Of a DNA stretch of 64,000 nt, positions 1-13,454 are shown in pieces (the first letter of the stretch is position 1; each line of letters opens with the position of its first letter). Under the pieces are notes generated by a model. That model was not told the origin of the DNA, searched no databases, and worked only from the letters and a program-made list of their open reading frames with translations. The translations under genes and the position numbers were made by a program. This DNA comes from Podarcis liolepis (lineage: Eukaryota), in the NCBI GenBank assembly GCA_965112155.1, contig OZ218103.1, one strand, 5' to 3'.

Positions 1-3000
1 GCACAAATAAATGGCTCAGAAGCTGTCACTAGGGGACGGTAAGCAAGCTGTTTGGTGCTTGTGATTCTAGTTGCTGTGAGAGAAAATGTCAAATTATAAA
101 TTTATAGCCCAGCTAGAATCAAGGAAGCAGTCCTTAAATAGAGTGAGGCAGCCACCTCAGGCAGTTGTTTTTGGATGTCCTGAAAGGGTATCAAGGTGTT
201 AGTTTTTTAATTTGTGAAGTTGTTGTTGTTGTTAAAGTTATTATTGTTCTTTTCTCACTGCCAAGGAAGAAGTGAAGATTTGGTGTGGTTATCTGCCCCA
301 AAGTAACTTGACCAGCCTGAGGTACATCCTGTATCCTGACCTGAGGGGGCAGGGAGATTGACGGGGGACATTTGCTGTTCCACAAGAAAAACGTCTTCAG
401 CCGACTCTGGTAAGGTCATGTAACATTGTTATAGCACTGATACCCCACCGGTTCTACTGCATTTGGGTGCTGCCCTGAATTCCAGTTGCTGCGAAACAAC
501 AGAAGGTTTCCCAGAGAGGCATCTGTTTGGCTACTGTGAGAAATAGGACCAGACTGGCCTTTGGTTGGATCCAGAAGGGCTGTTTTTATGTTCCTAAGTT
601 GCCACTATCATCTATCAAAGGCACTCAGGGAGCATACATATACACAGGAACATTTATGCCATATCAGAAATGTGAAATAAGATGAAGCCCATGCCCGTTG
701 CTCTTGTGCTAAACCTGTTGTTTATATTATCAGTTTCTCCTTGGCTGACAAAATGGCCACCCTCTCTGTTTATGTCATAACATCTACCATGCTTCCATTT
801 GTGGGGAATTTGAAAGGCATCCAGCCATATGGTAGGATAGGTAAATCATAAGAATTAATCCAGTCTTAAATAAAGCGTGATAGGTAAAATGTGGACTCAA
901 AAGTAGAAGGATGACAGCCATTTTAGGGACACATAGGATCACAGATTATAGCTTTAGGGGAGCCACAGCACTGTTATTAATAGAAGCACAGAAGCAAGAG
1001 GGTACTAAGCATGCTGTAATTTTCACACTTGGTTGAAATAACCATCTAAACACATCAGATAACTTGGAGCTAACTATTAAAATGAGCCCGTTCTTTGTTG
1101 TTGGCATAGAATGTCCCTGTGCAGCATTTATAATTAGATCATAATATCACCACAATTTCATTCCAATTTGCTATTTACTCCCTGGCCAATGACGGATTTA
1201 TCAAATATTTCCCTGGTATGTTCAGACCAGAATAGGGCAAAACTGCTTTCACCTGAGGAAATGATTATCTTTATCAAGCGTAAATCTCTTCACCCATGAA
1301 CAACTTCTTCCCCATTGCACTTAATTGCGGCACTCTTTTTGTGTACACTTGAATAGTCCCGGCCATCCTTGGACATTACTTGGCATTCGTGTTACTTGGA
1401 ATAGACAGGCATAGCAATTTTGCACTGCTGCACCATGGGAATTGTTGCAGAGTTAAGTATGAGCTCTGAAGTATGAGCTACATTTGTCCACATGACTTCT
1501 TGCCCCAGGATAGCTAAGACTGTTCACACATGGACAGGGAAAGAAAGGGAAAAACACGCATGATTGAACTGGCCCTGAGAGGAAAGTTGTCAGCCTGACT
1601 CTTTCCACTAGTGTTGGCATTTGAAGGGTTGGATCATGACTCAGCATACAGGATGTAAGGCTTGGTGTGCTAGAATGAATCAGCCTGTAGCTGAAAACAG
1701 GGCCGTGGGTTGGGAGATGATGGGGAATTATTTGTGCAATTTCTAAATGCAGAATGAAGTTCTATTTAAAAACATTTTTCTTAAAGAAATGAAAACCAGG
1801 CTGTTCTATGTAGCAATTATTTGACCATTTAGAAGATTTTTAAGGATAACATTTCCATTCATGCAGTAAATAGGGTTTAGGGCAGGAATCTGGAACAATT
1901 GCTTTTTACAAGAGAAGGCAATGTGTGGAGACAATGTTCTGTTATTTAGTTGTAAGTCTGGCAGCTCCAGTACTAATCCAGTACTTACAGTTTTGCAGCT
2001 CCGGTACTTATCGTTCACATGCCAGACTCTGAATGTGGGTTGAATTGTCCTTAACATAAATATGCAAAGAACTGAGGCACAAATACGGTAGTCCTTAACA
2101 CACACAAAAAACCCTAGTCAATAAAAAAATGTATTTTAAAAACTACAGATTTTATTTTATTTTTTGCAGTAACATAATTATAATATCTGGAAATCTTTCA
2201 GTAATCAATTCTTAACAGGCCAAATCCTTTGCAGCATATTTCAAAAATATGCAGCACAGGATCTGGCCTATTAAGGATTTATTAAAATACTTCTAAAATA
2301 TACTACATAGGATTTGGCCTAGTAAGGCTTTATTATTTGCCTTTTTGTATATATGACGATAGTTTTATTGTAATAGAAAATCCTGTATTTTTAATGCATT
2401 TTCCCCTCAACTCTGATTTTGGTTGCTGAGTTTTCCTCAAGCCTACACATCTGTTACAGCCCTATGAAGGAAGTATAAAACACGATGGTAATTTTTACAC
2501 CTATCTTGCATAGTTAACAATGGCTTCATTAGAGAGCAAGATGAACTCTGGTCCTGCCCCAAGCCTATGGATATGAGCCTGAAAACCTTTTTACACCTGT
2601 TTGCACGTTTCAAAGGGACCTTTGTCTCCCTATGGATCCTTCCCTCCCACAGAATGTGGCGAATGTTGAGCCTTGCTGTTTCAATAAGCCACCAGCTGCC
2701 AATGTGTCTGCTTCCTTCTATCATAGACATGTGAGTTATGTCACTGCACAAGTACAGAAGAGGACTGGCATGTGTTAAGTAACAGTTGCAGGCTAACATA
2801 GTCAACAGCAGAAATAAAAAGAAACATTGAAGACCCTGATGAAATCTTAATTGCAACATGACAGATTTTGACGGGATCTTCACTTTCAGGGGTTAATACA
2901 AAATACAAACACACGGCTAAATATTGCTTCTATGACCAGCAAGCAGGAAATTCCATCCATCGAAGGGTTCCTTTTTCTAACCTGGAGCCCTCAGCCTAAT

Positions 3001-3001
3001 C

Positions 3002-3137
3002 CAGGCATGGCCAAACTTGGCCCTCCAGCTGTTTGGGGACTACAATTCCCATCATCCCTGACCACTGGTCCTGTTAGCTAGGGGTGATGGGAGTTGTAGT
3101 CCCCAAACAGCTGGAGGGCCAAGTTTGGCCATGCCTG
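3002..3137. mobile_element. Palindromic hAT-like MITE (136 bp)
   Basis: 44-bp perfect terminal inverted repeat starting CAGGCATGGCCAAAC; GGACTACAA..TTGTAGTCC core; degenerate relatives near 17050, 40890, 41150, 44530 and 54780. No TSD visible. Confidence 0.8.
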
Positions 3138-5957
3138 TGTTACGGCATGGAGGGAGGAAATAGGGGGGAAAGGGAGGTGACAGAAACAGAGAGAAAAGGA
3201 GCAGTTGTGTCCCTCCCAATATGGGCTCTGGCTCCCCACTACTGGCATAAGACTCCCAAAAGATTTTCCTCAAGGGTATACAGCCTTCAGTGAAAAAGAA
3301 GATTCATCGTACCTGAAACAGACTATGTAAAAAGAAATTTAGGGACAAATTCCAAATAGCTGCATTGTTTGTTTATACCAATGTGGTGGGAGAGAAAAAC
3401 ACCCCACCCCTGTATGGCTCTAGAGATGTTTACTCATTATTTGACATGAGCTTCTTGTCAGCAGCATGCTAGATGTATCTGATACATATATATGGAATTG
3501 AGCATTCAGTGTGATGGGTCTTCGGCTGCTTCATAATAATAGTAAGCCAAAGTGTAAGAAAGAACAAAAAGTAATGGGAATACAAAATACCATCCGACAA
3601 TACATACTCTGTACGTTTAGCGGAGTACATAAACCAAGCAATTTATGCTAAACATGAATGCAGTGCATTGCTGAACGGGAGATGGTGACTGTTTAGCAAG
3701 AGAGAGTCATAATGCTCTTTATTCAGCTCATGAACAGGGCCGTCACATAGCTATGCAATGATGCGGAAATATTGGTTCCCCTGGCAGCAACTGCATTCTG
3801 AAATATTTCCTTTTAGGTAAAGCAATCCTGAGGTCCAAGATGGAATGTCGACAGTCTGGGTTAGGGATCTGTTCCCCCTTTGGCTGCATTTATGAAGAAC
3901 ATGTTTTAAAGATCATTGTAATCTACACATGGATCCCTTTCCTGCCTGTGTAGATTGAATACTGACCACCCTTTGCACATAGATTCTGCAGAGACCCCTT
4001 GAATCACATGGGACTCCATTGAATCCTGCTAGTAGTGTATATGTTGTGCAGCTAGTCAACACTCATCATGGTGTGGCCAGGAGACCAGACCAACAAATCC
4101 TACAGCCGGCCTTCAGCGAAGCAGGGGTGGTGGTGAAAGAAGAGGTCAGAAACCTTTGTTAGAAACTATTTAGAGACTCGCATTGGGTTTACACAAGTGA
4201 ATGCCACGGAGAATACCGCAAAGTGCTGTCTGGAATCTCCATTCCTCTATTCTGGTCCCTGAGATATAAAAAGAGATGAAATCACTAGGAAAAGTACTGT
4301 GTCGCAGGGAAGGGTGTTCACTTTCCATAGTAAGGCAACATTATCCTTGAGTTGCCAATGTCTATTAAGGAAAGCAAAAACACTGTCACCTTGACATTAG
4401 GGGACGCTTCTGAACAAAGATAAATGAATAGGGGATTAACAATCGTTTTCATTGTATGATATACATTCTTTTTCCTTTTTAAAGAAAAGGCCGGCTTGAA
4501 TATTTGGACTAAATAAATCACTGCTGGCTGCATTTCAGGGGTTGGACTAGATGACCCTCAGAAACCCTGCAGTTCTATGGTTCTGTGAGTCTATAATTCT
4601 ACTATCTATGCAGGACTGATACATCTTTTGCAACTTTCAGATGTGAAGCTTTGTTATACAGTCCAGTAAACTTAATGCTGAGAGCCTCCTGCTGTAAACT
4701 TTATTTATTTCTAATGTAAGTTTCTATTGCTTTTCAATAACAAACATAAAACAAATAGTATATAACAGGAAAATTTATACAATACAGAGTAAAAATGTGT
4801 GTGTGGCAAAGAAATATGTACATAAAGCAAAGCAGTCGATCTTTATAAGCTTTTTGTAACCAAATAACTTGATACACTGTAGGAGTGGGGTGGGGTGGTT
4901 GTGTTCAAATTTATTTGTATAGGAAATAAAGGAAAACCAAATTGGAAAAAGTCATACTTTGTCCTCTGTCTTCTTTTAGTTTCTTTTCCAATATGGCTGT
5001 TTGCCATACTGGAAGCCAAGAAGTCAAGTACCAGAAGTCAAGGTTATTCAAACTAATTTTTTTCCAAAATAGTGGCCAAAAAAGATATGTGATTTGTTCC
5101 TGTTTTAAATATTAGGGTCCTCGTTTGAAAAAAGGTCATGTAGGCTGCATTTAGGTTTCTTCATTGTCCTATCCTAAAGGCTTTGGCAGTGCTGCCTGGC
5201 AATGGGGCCTGGTGGAGCCTAGACCTGGTGGGATGCCTTAAGGCTCTCCCAAGCTCAACACAGAAAACCACACCTATGGACTACACAGATTGTATTAGCA
5301 CTGCATTGGACCTCATCAGCCATGACATTAAAGTGGAACATTTTATCCTCAAAGTGAGAACTCTACCCTTAGATTTAGGCCATACTACAGTGGTGGAACA
5401 CATGCTTCATACAAACAGGATCCCAAGCTCAAAAGCAGGCTAGTTGGCGATAAACACTGATTCTACTAAAATTTTGCAGAATTGAGCCAGCAGTTTGAGG
5501 AGAAACATTTCAGTGAATTTAGCAGCCCTACCTAACTGAGAAACATCCTAGGGAATTGAGCAGCCCTACTGAATTATAGCAATGATCGAAGTGGCTTTGT
5601 CACTCACACCCAAGAAAAAAAGAGGGAAAGTCAGACAGAACATGTTGAGTTAGGTGAACAATTTCTACTTGCTTCTTGTCATTTCAAGGCAGGCCTTGGA
5701 CCAGTGATATTTGGCAGTAAAACAGATGCAGACCCCTTGGGTTTGGCCGTGGCTAATTGGCATGCAAATATAAATCAGGATTAAATAAAATTGATTAAAT
5801 GAATCCCAGTCGCAATGCATTGTAACTTAGGCTGCTCTGTGCAGTAAAATGAAGGAATAGAATGCTGTGGTTGAAGAACAGACTGTGGTACTTCAGCTTC
5901 TAGGTAGGAGATTACATTTTTAAAATGTTTCTCTAAATCAATTACTCCCTTTAAATA

Positions 5958-6260
5958 AAAAAATTCCTTCCAGTAGCACCTTAAAGACCAACTAAGTTAG
6001 TTCTTGGTATGAGCTTTCGTGTGCATGCACACGAAAGCTCATACCAAGAACTAACTTAGTTGGTCTTTAAGGTGCTACTGGAAGGAATTTTTTTATTTTG
6101 ACTATGTGCATGCACACGAAAGCTCATACCAAGAAGTGTGAATAGAAGTGTGCATGCGCACGAAAGCTCATACCAAGAACTAACTTAGTTGGTCTTTAAG
6201 GTGCTACTGGAAGGATTTTTTTTATTTTGACTATGGCAGACCAACACGGCTACCTATCTG
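5958..6260. mobile_element. Penelope-like element pLTR fragments (inverted plus direct copies)
   Basis: Flanked by the 12-bp direct repeat TCCCTTTAAATA (5946-5957, 6261-6272); repeated block GTGTGCATGCACACGAAAGCTCATACCAAGAA...GGTCTTTAAGGTGCTACTGG; ends CAGACCAACACGGCTACC, as recalled for squamate Penelope pLTRs. Confidence 0.8.
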
Positions 6261-9200
6261 TCCCTTTAAATAGTAAGCAAGCAAAGGGCTATACTAGAAC
6301 ACCTCTCCCTCATATGCTAGTTTTCTATCTGTAGGGATTTTTTTAAAAACTTGGGAAAGCTTTCAAAAGAGGTATCCTCAATCTACCATTTGAAGAGATA
6401 CTGTCTGTTCCGCCATCTCAGTCTGATGCATGTGGTAACATCAGAAAATATGTATTAATGTCACCTGGAGTCCTCATCATTCCTTTTCTTTCCAATATTT
6501 AGGCTATGAGTGATGCTGTTTATGCAGCCAAATTGCCGCTGCCACCACCCCAAGCAGCAGAGTGAGTCTTTAGAATCATTTAAACCAAGCAAAAACCTTG
6601 CTCTCCCTCCCTCTGTAGCCTGAGGTAAAGTTATTCAAAGGGAGTTCTCCAGATCCACATAACATAAATGTTTAAAAAGTAATTCATAGGCAAAACATTA
6701 AAGGTAAGGACTGAGGAGTCAGATCAGAAATGACATCTGGATACGAGCAGGATTCCTCGGGCTATGCAGAGGGGAAGACACGGGTTGGGTTTGATATATT
6801 TCCCAGCAAACGAACAAGGCATCCTAGTTCAAAGAACTGTTTAATCTGTCCCTGTGTTCCCAGAGCCTGGCTTATATATGACCTCTCCCTCCCACCACAG
6901 AATACTTTTCTTCCCCATGATGCAAAACTCGATTTGCTTCAGCCACATGAATCACTTTGTGTAGTGCTAATTGTTAGCAGTGATCCGTGTGTTATAACAT
7001 CTGGGAGTCCCAAAACACAATGTGGACTTAATAAAAAGGCAGAATATATGTGAAGAATATTTAGTTCAAAGAACTGAAGGCTAGTAGAGCCCTACCCAGG
7101 GAAACTAACCGGAAGGAGGTGTAACTGGCAATGAAGACCAGGATTGTGGAATTCTGCTCCAGCAATTTGTTCTCTTGTTCATTCATGCGTCCTAGGCTGG
7201 ATGCAACATCTTTCTTTAATAGACTCTTGACTGCAGCACCCAACTGAAACTGGGATTAAATTCGGGTGCAATCTCTCTCTGGGCTCATCCACACTTCCTC
7301 TTGTCCTGTGCCTCATATACATGGATCTTTGTCCCACCACTTTCCCTGAGAAAATGAACTCTTTATTGCTGAATTGGAGACAGTGCTGGCCAACCCATGT
7401 GGCAAGGTGAGGTAACCACCTCAGGTGGCAGGATCCAGAGGAGCAGCAAATCCCAGTGTAGATCTTTACCCCCCCACACACACACTTGTTCCTGATGTAG
7501 AACTTCACTCACCCCTTCTTCCCTGATGGGGAGTGGGTGCACCATTTTGTGGTTTGCCTCAGGTGCCAAAATGTCTTGGACTGGCCCTGATCAGAGCAAA
7601 TATCAATCTGCAGAAAACTCCGCTAATGTTTGCTCCGATTCAACATTAAGGAGTGGATTTTCGGGGGGGGGGAGTGACAGTACAAGCAGAAGTGTAGATG
7701 AGTCTCTATCTCTCTCAATACTTGCGATACATCAGGATTATATATCTATAGTCCTACCTTTCTATCATCGCAACAGCAGCAACAAAATCTCAGGCCAAAA
7801 TTTCTATTGAAATCACTCCATTAAATCTGAATACTTTTGCTTCTCAAAATTTTTATGTAGCATTCTATTACTAATTATTGGACTAAGAGCCCTCACCTAT
7901 TTGAAATGTGTTCACTGGAGACTGAGAAGGACTAAGAAATATCCACGCCATACATTTGAAGCAGATGGTTTCCTCCAAATAAGCATGGGAGCTGTAGATT
8001 ACCCCTCATGGAACTACAATTCCCAGGATTCTATGAGGGAAGCAATGTGCTGTAATGTTGCAGATGCAACCTTGTATTGTTTTGCATTCCTCAAGCTACC
8101 TCTAAAAACCATTTTACCATCCTGTTGTAGGATCAGTCAAAGTTGTGAAGAAGTACGATGTTTTCCCCATCCTTTCAATGTGTGTTTATGGGTGAAATGG
8201 ATATGCTAATTCACTTTAGTGACAGAAAGTGCAGCATTTAGAGGGCGTTAATTCAACTATATGAGTGTGATAATGCGAAGTCTGGTTTTTGTTTTTACTT
8301 TGGATTTGTTTGTTAAAGGTAGGTTTTGAGCACCACCAAATTTGTGGGCAGTATCCACCATTTGCAGCCACCTGGAATGCACAGAATGTTCTTGAAAGTC
8401 ATGCCTGGCTGGAAGGGTGGTAGGGAGGACAAGTATCAGGATTCAAGTTTGCAATGACTCCTGAATTTGGAATCTGAGGGGTGTCAGGCAGATTCAATCT
8501 GCATGCCAGCTCCAGCTCTGTCCAAAGAAGAAAAGTTCAGGGTAACCAGCAAGATGAGCAGAGAAGACTCTTGAAAGGCAACGGGCCACAGCATCTGGCA
8601 AGGCCTGACCCTTATAAAAGCATGCAGATCACAAATGCTGTCTGGTGTAAGCTACTTCTTTCATTCAACTCGCTACTGCACACATCTCACTTCTGTGGCT
8701 GGGGCAAGGAAGGGATGTTCTGGGAGATGCCAACTGTGAAACTGAGCAAGAACCTTCATTCTGACTGTGCTGTTTTAATCAAGCGTATCCATGCATCTGC
8801 CTAAGATGGTACCAGCAACTTTCAGCAGTTATTACATTAACCAGCTCTGAGCTGCATCAGATGCTTCGCTTTCCCCCCAAAGGCGAGCTGTTCTAGGTAA
8901 CAATGACAGTCTATTTCTTCTCCAAACCTTTATTAGGCATTACAAATAAAGGCCATCATAAAACACCCATATATAAAATTTTAACATATATACAAATAAA
9001 CAGCCATGTAAAAATATGTAAGAACGAGGATTTTCATTGGCGTTTCTTGATAAAAACTCAGCCACCCTTGCAGTTACTTCTGGGTTAATGTAAGACAGAT
9101 AGAATCATATATTTTCATTGTGCTATAATGTTAGACTACCCAGAAAAGGGAATAGCGTGTGTTTGCGTAGCTGGGTATACAATGGACAGTAGAAGAGAAT

Positions 9201-11367
9201 ATGTTCTACTGTGTCCAGCACATTCAAAAAACATCTGCAATGTCTATCGTTTCTGGGGATGTTAAAATATCTGCCCTTGACAAAAGCTATGGGGTAACAT
9301 AAAGGCCCTGCATTGGAATGGAATTATTCATTTTGCAATCTAAGTGACCTTGTTATCTGTTGGATTTAAACCATAAAACTTGGGGGAGCAAATTTTATTT
9401 ACAGCTGACTCGATGTTTGGTTTTTCCATGTCCCTTAATCTGATTCGAATATTACGATAAATATATTGCTCACTCGAATTATAGAAGAGTTCCAAGTAAC
9501 AATGACAGTCGGTGGGGGACCTGGGGGTCATTATGTTTGACCATAATGCCCATGTCTTTATGTTATTTCATACACATGAGCTGTGCACATGTTAAGAAGC
9601 TGTGGCAAATGCTAATACATGCGAGCACATGTATATGGCGATCTGCATGCAGTGTTCATTTTGTCACAAAGATCAGTGCTTCTCAAGCTGTGTGATGTCC
9701 TAGACTGGCAATGTCCCCCTCCAAAAAATGTGCCATGGACAAGTACCATATTTGGTCCCTGAAGTGTCCCACCCAACTTGGGCTGTGGTGGAGTCGCCAT
9801 GGACCAGCAGCTGATGGCTCACAGACTGGCAACAGTCCATGGACGACCACTTTGAGTAGCACTGACTTAGACAGAGCAGTGTCCTTTGTAGGAAATGCAA
9901 AATATTAAAAGCAGCCCACAGTCACAGGTTTTTCCCTATCAATGTCACAAGTGTTTTTCTTCCTTCTCCTTGTCGCCATTTAACCCCCTCCAAGCCCAGT
10001 TGCGTCAGCTGTCGGCTGCACATAACAGATGCTTGTCAAGAATTTCCAAGAAGATCAGGTGACACCTTGTGTTCCAATTCGCTTCCCTCCCTTACAGCCC
10101 AACTCACATACTGAGGCTGGACTTCCAAGCAAGGCTGCATTAGAGCAAGCAAACCAAGCGGATCAACATCTCGGATGAATCTGGGATGGTTGTGAACCAC
10201 CATATCCTTTGCATATACTGGTGATTATCAAAGGAACAGCTGAGTGAGTAACTATCTTGTGCATTCACCAAAGTCTTCTTTTAGCTCTAGAGAGGGAAGG
10301 TTCTGATTTTGCTCTGAAATTGTAGACTGTTGGGGTTCACTGCATTGCTGTTCATGTTAGAGAGAATTTAGGGCATTCTGAATATTCTTCTCTAGTTCCC
10401 ACTGCGTAAGTGTTTCTATAACATCTCCATATTGCTCCTGAGTGGGGAAAAGGCTGCCAAATATTTGCTGACCTGCAGGTGTATTTCAATCTTAAGTGCA
10501 CAGAATTTAGTATATTAGACCTTGTCTTCTATAAATATATTATAACATGCACAAAAAGGATATTATTCCCATTGAAAATTATAGAGGGGTCTCTAACTAG
10601 CAGGCCTTTGAGATCTAAGCCCAAGGCCATGAGATCTGCTTACACAGCTGAGTAGATTGTATGATAGCAGTCTTTGGCTGAAACACTAAACTCTTAGGTT
10701 GAGGGGTATGTTCCTCAAATCTTAATGTTGCTGTGGAGGTGAAGAGGGAGTATTTGTTATGATGTGACCAGTTCATTCCATTAAAAAACTCTCTTGGTGA
10801 TGGAACATTTTGACCAATCCGCTACTCTCTGGTTAAAAAAATCACTGCCTTTGAGATCAAATTTGTTTTGCGGTATAACAGGAGAGGTAGCTAGCCTAAT
10901 AAATCTGTATTGACTGTCAATCAACCCATGATGTAACCTCCAGTTCATAGCAGAATATTTCAGACCTAGCTGATGCTGGAGGAGGAGGAGTGGGGGGGGG
11001 GGGAGAAGAGAAGCACACACCCACACACCGGACAAGTAACTTAATCTCCGCTACTTGTTCTCCACGGACCACTACTTAAAGGAAAGTCACTTTTCACATA
11101 CTAATTACACTGGGAATTAAAATAAAGCTGCTGTTGTAAGCATGTTTACTTGAAAGTTGGCTTCTTCAAAATCAATATGATTGACTACAGAGGAAAATGT
11201 GTTAACACCTGAGTGTTGAAGTGAAATATATTTTTCTCTTTCAGAAATCTGTCACTGGGGACAAACTTCTTGCCCTTCCTATGCCCCCATTAAAAAGTGA
11301 TTTTCCCACCTTGGCGCTGCCACCAAATTCAGATCACAATTTGGTCTGATTGCAAACATTATTAAAG

Positions 11368-11501
11368 TAAGGTTACCAGACTCCCCGTTTCCCGGGGACA
11401 GTCCCCAGATTTACAAATCAGTCCCCTGACAAAATCCTATCATTCCTACTGAAGTTAAAAATTGTCCCCGGATTCATTGGGGGGAAAATCTGGTAACCTT
11501 A
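11368..11501. mobile_element. hAT MITE (134 bp)
   Basis: TIR TAAGGTTACCAGA / TCTGGTAACCTTA; perfect 8-bp TSD TATTAAAG (11360-11367, 11502-11509). Confidence 0.9.
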
Positions 11502-13454
11502 TATTAAAGTCAATTAAGACTAAGGCACAGAAAAGCCTTGCAACTGGAGATCAGCTTCACAGTACCTTTTGAGTTCATGCCAGGCCATATGCTCAGCCCC
11601 CTAAAGGTTAGAGCAAGGGAGATTCCTATTCGTAGTTCTGTACCATATGCATATTTGCAAAATACCCTCCCTTTGCCTAAATTAGCAAAGGGTGGTCACA
11701 GAACTTAGTGCCAAACTGGCCTAGATCCATACTGAAATGAAAAAAGCTGAAAGCCAGAAGCATTTTTATGAAGGTAGCTAGAAGTGTCTGCCAACTGTGG
11801 TGCAGGAAGTGGGGAGAAGCTTTTATAGCCACACACCCCAAAATATTGGCACTTATTCAGATATATCTTATGGCAGGGGGGAGACCAAGGGACAGCTACA
11901 GAAAATTTACTAAAGGTACACAAACCACCTGCCAAAGCAACAGCAGTTCCTCCATTATCCCAAATGCCCAAGCAATCACAGGCAAAGAGATGCAGCATTT
12001 TAGCAGCATATCAATCCTGGCTAATGCCTCTCCCATCCTTGCTGTCTGCAATCCTCCAGCTTTGCAGAGCAACCATATAAATCCTTCAGTGAAGCAAACT
12101 GTATCTTTGCTTCTTGTACATGAGGGATGCTGGGATCAGACATAAACTTTATGAACATCATATTCTTTCAGGAAAGGAAATACAAGATTAAAAGGGCTCA
12201 GAGTCTGTGCACACAAGGATTTATGGCCTTGGTGCTGGAACTTGACTCCTCACAGAGAATGAAGCTTTTCATTTTCAGCACTCTGTCACCCAAGACAGTT
12301 ATTCTTTCAGATGAAGGAAAAGGAACCAAAGTAGATTTAGAAAAACACTGAGGACTAATGCTACACATCCCGTCTTTGTGCATGAAATGTCTGTATGGAA
12401 GTAAGCAAAGTGCTAGCTGAAGTCAACCAAATCTTTCCCCAATATCTGCAGGGGGCTTTCGATCGAATACTAGGGCAATCTTTCAACAAAGCAACAGAGA
12501 GACGTGTCTGTCTGTCTGTCTGAAATGTCTCAGGCTGCAATGAGAGACTGAATTACACAATGGGGGAAGCAGATTTAAATCAGTTGGCTATTTTTAGGAC
12601 TACCAAAGGGGCTCCATTTACTCTGCACTCTCAATTCTGCTGCAAATCTGGCCTTTGGGAATAGGCTAACTAACGTTTGCGTTCAAGTCTTAATATACAT
12701 ATATGACTGCAAAGTTGGATGTGTAACTATTTGTGCCACCTGGCAGCAATGGAGACCACTGCTTTAACACCCTGCTGTTCACCAAAAAATAACCCTGCAT
12801 TTGCCACGGTACTCACTGGCAACTTACTTTGCCCATTACAGTCCTCCTTGCTTCATTCTGAAATGGCTTCCTTTGCTTGCAGTTTTTTGGTTTGGAATAA
12901 GTGCCTTGCTACAATGTGTGGCTAGTGGCTTGCTTAGTTCATCAGCTAGGAGCAAATTTGCCTAATGGGCTGCAATGGTACAAGTGCAATGTGTTAAGAA
13001 CATTACAAAACCCTGCTGAATCAGACCCAAGCCCATCTAGCCTAGCATCCTGCTCATCCAATGGGAAAGCCTGCAAACATGACCTGAGTCCTCTCCCCAT
13101 TCTTGACTCCTATAACTAGTATTCAGAGGCAATAGAGGATGCAGCTCTTATGGGCTGGGAAAAGATGGTGCCATTCATTAAGGGCTGATCTGGACTTCCT
13201 TTTGTGCTGCATTTCTCTTTCCTTTGTTCTCTTAATGGTCCATCACCCAAGCAATCTCCTCAACATAGCCTGGCTTATGTTTTAACACTTGCTGGATCCA
13301 GGCGTTAGAAGGATCTTGCATACAGCCTAGTTCCTCCCACCCAAAATCATAACAGTACGATAGGCTAAGCTGGCTGATTATCTTACTGCCTCTTGGTGAA
13401 GCCGCCCATGGTGCCCCATCCAGCCACTGATGTAACAATTAATTTTGGAACTCA

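Noticed and set aside
1-3000. Expected 3' end of the syntenic neighbour LEMD2
   Set aside because: No recognisable coding exon was found; a 3'UTR cannot be supported from sequence alone.
4700-5160. A-rich stretch resembling a reversed L1 3' end (similar at about 8910-9260 and 20160-20540)
   Set aside because: Too degenerate to assign family or boundaries without an alignment.
5953-6260. Repeat-spacer-like arrangement resembling a CRISPR array
   Set aside because: Vertebrate context, no cas genes and no regular unique spacers; explained by Penelope pLTR rearrangement with a TSD.
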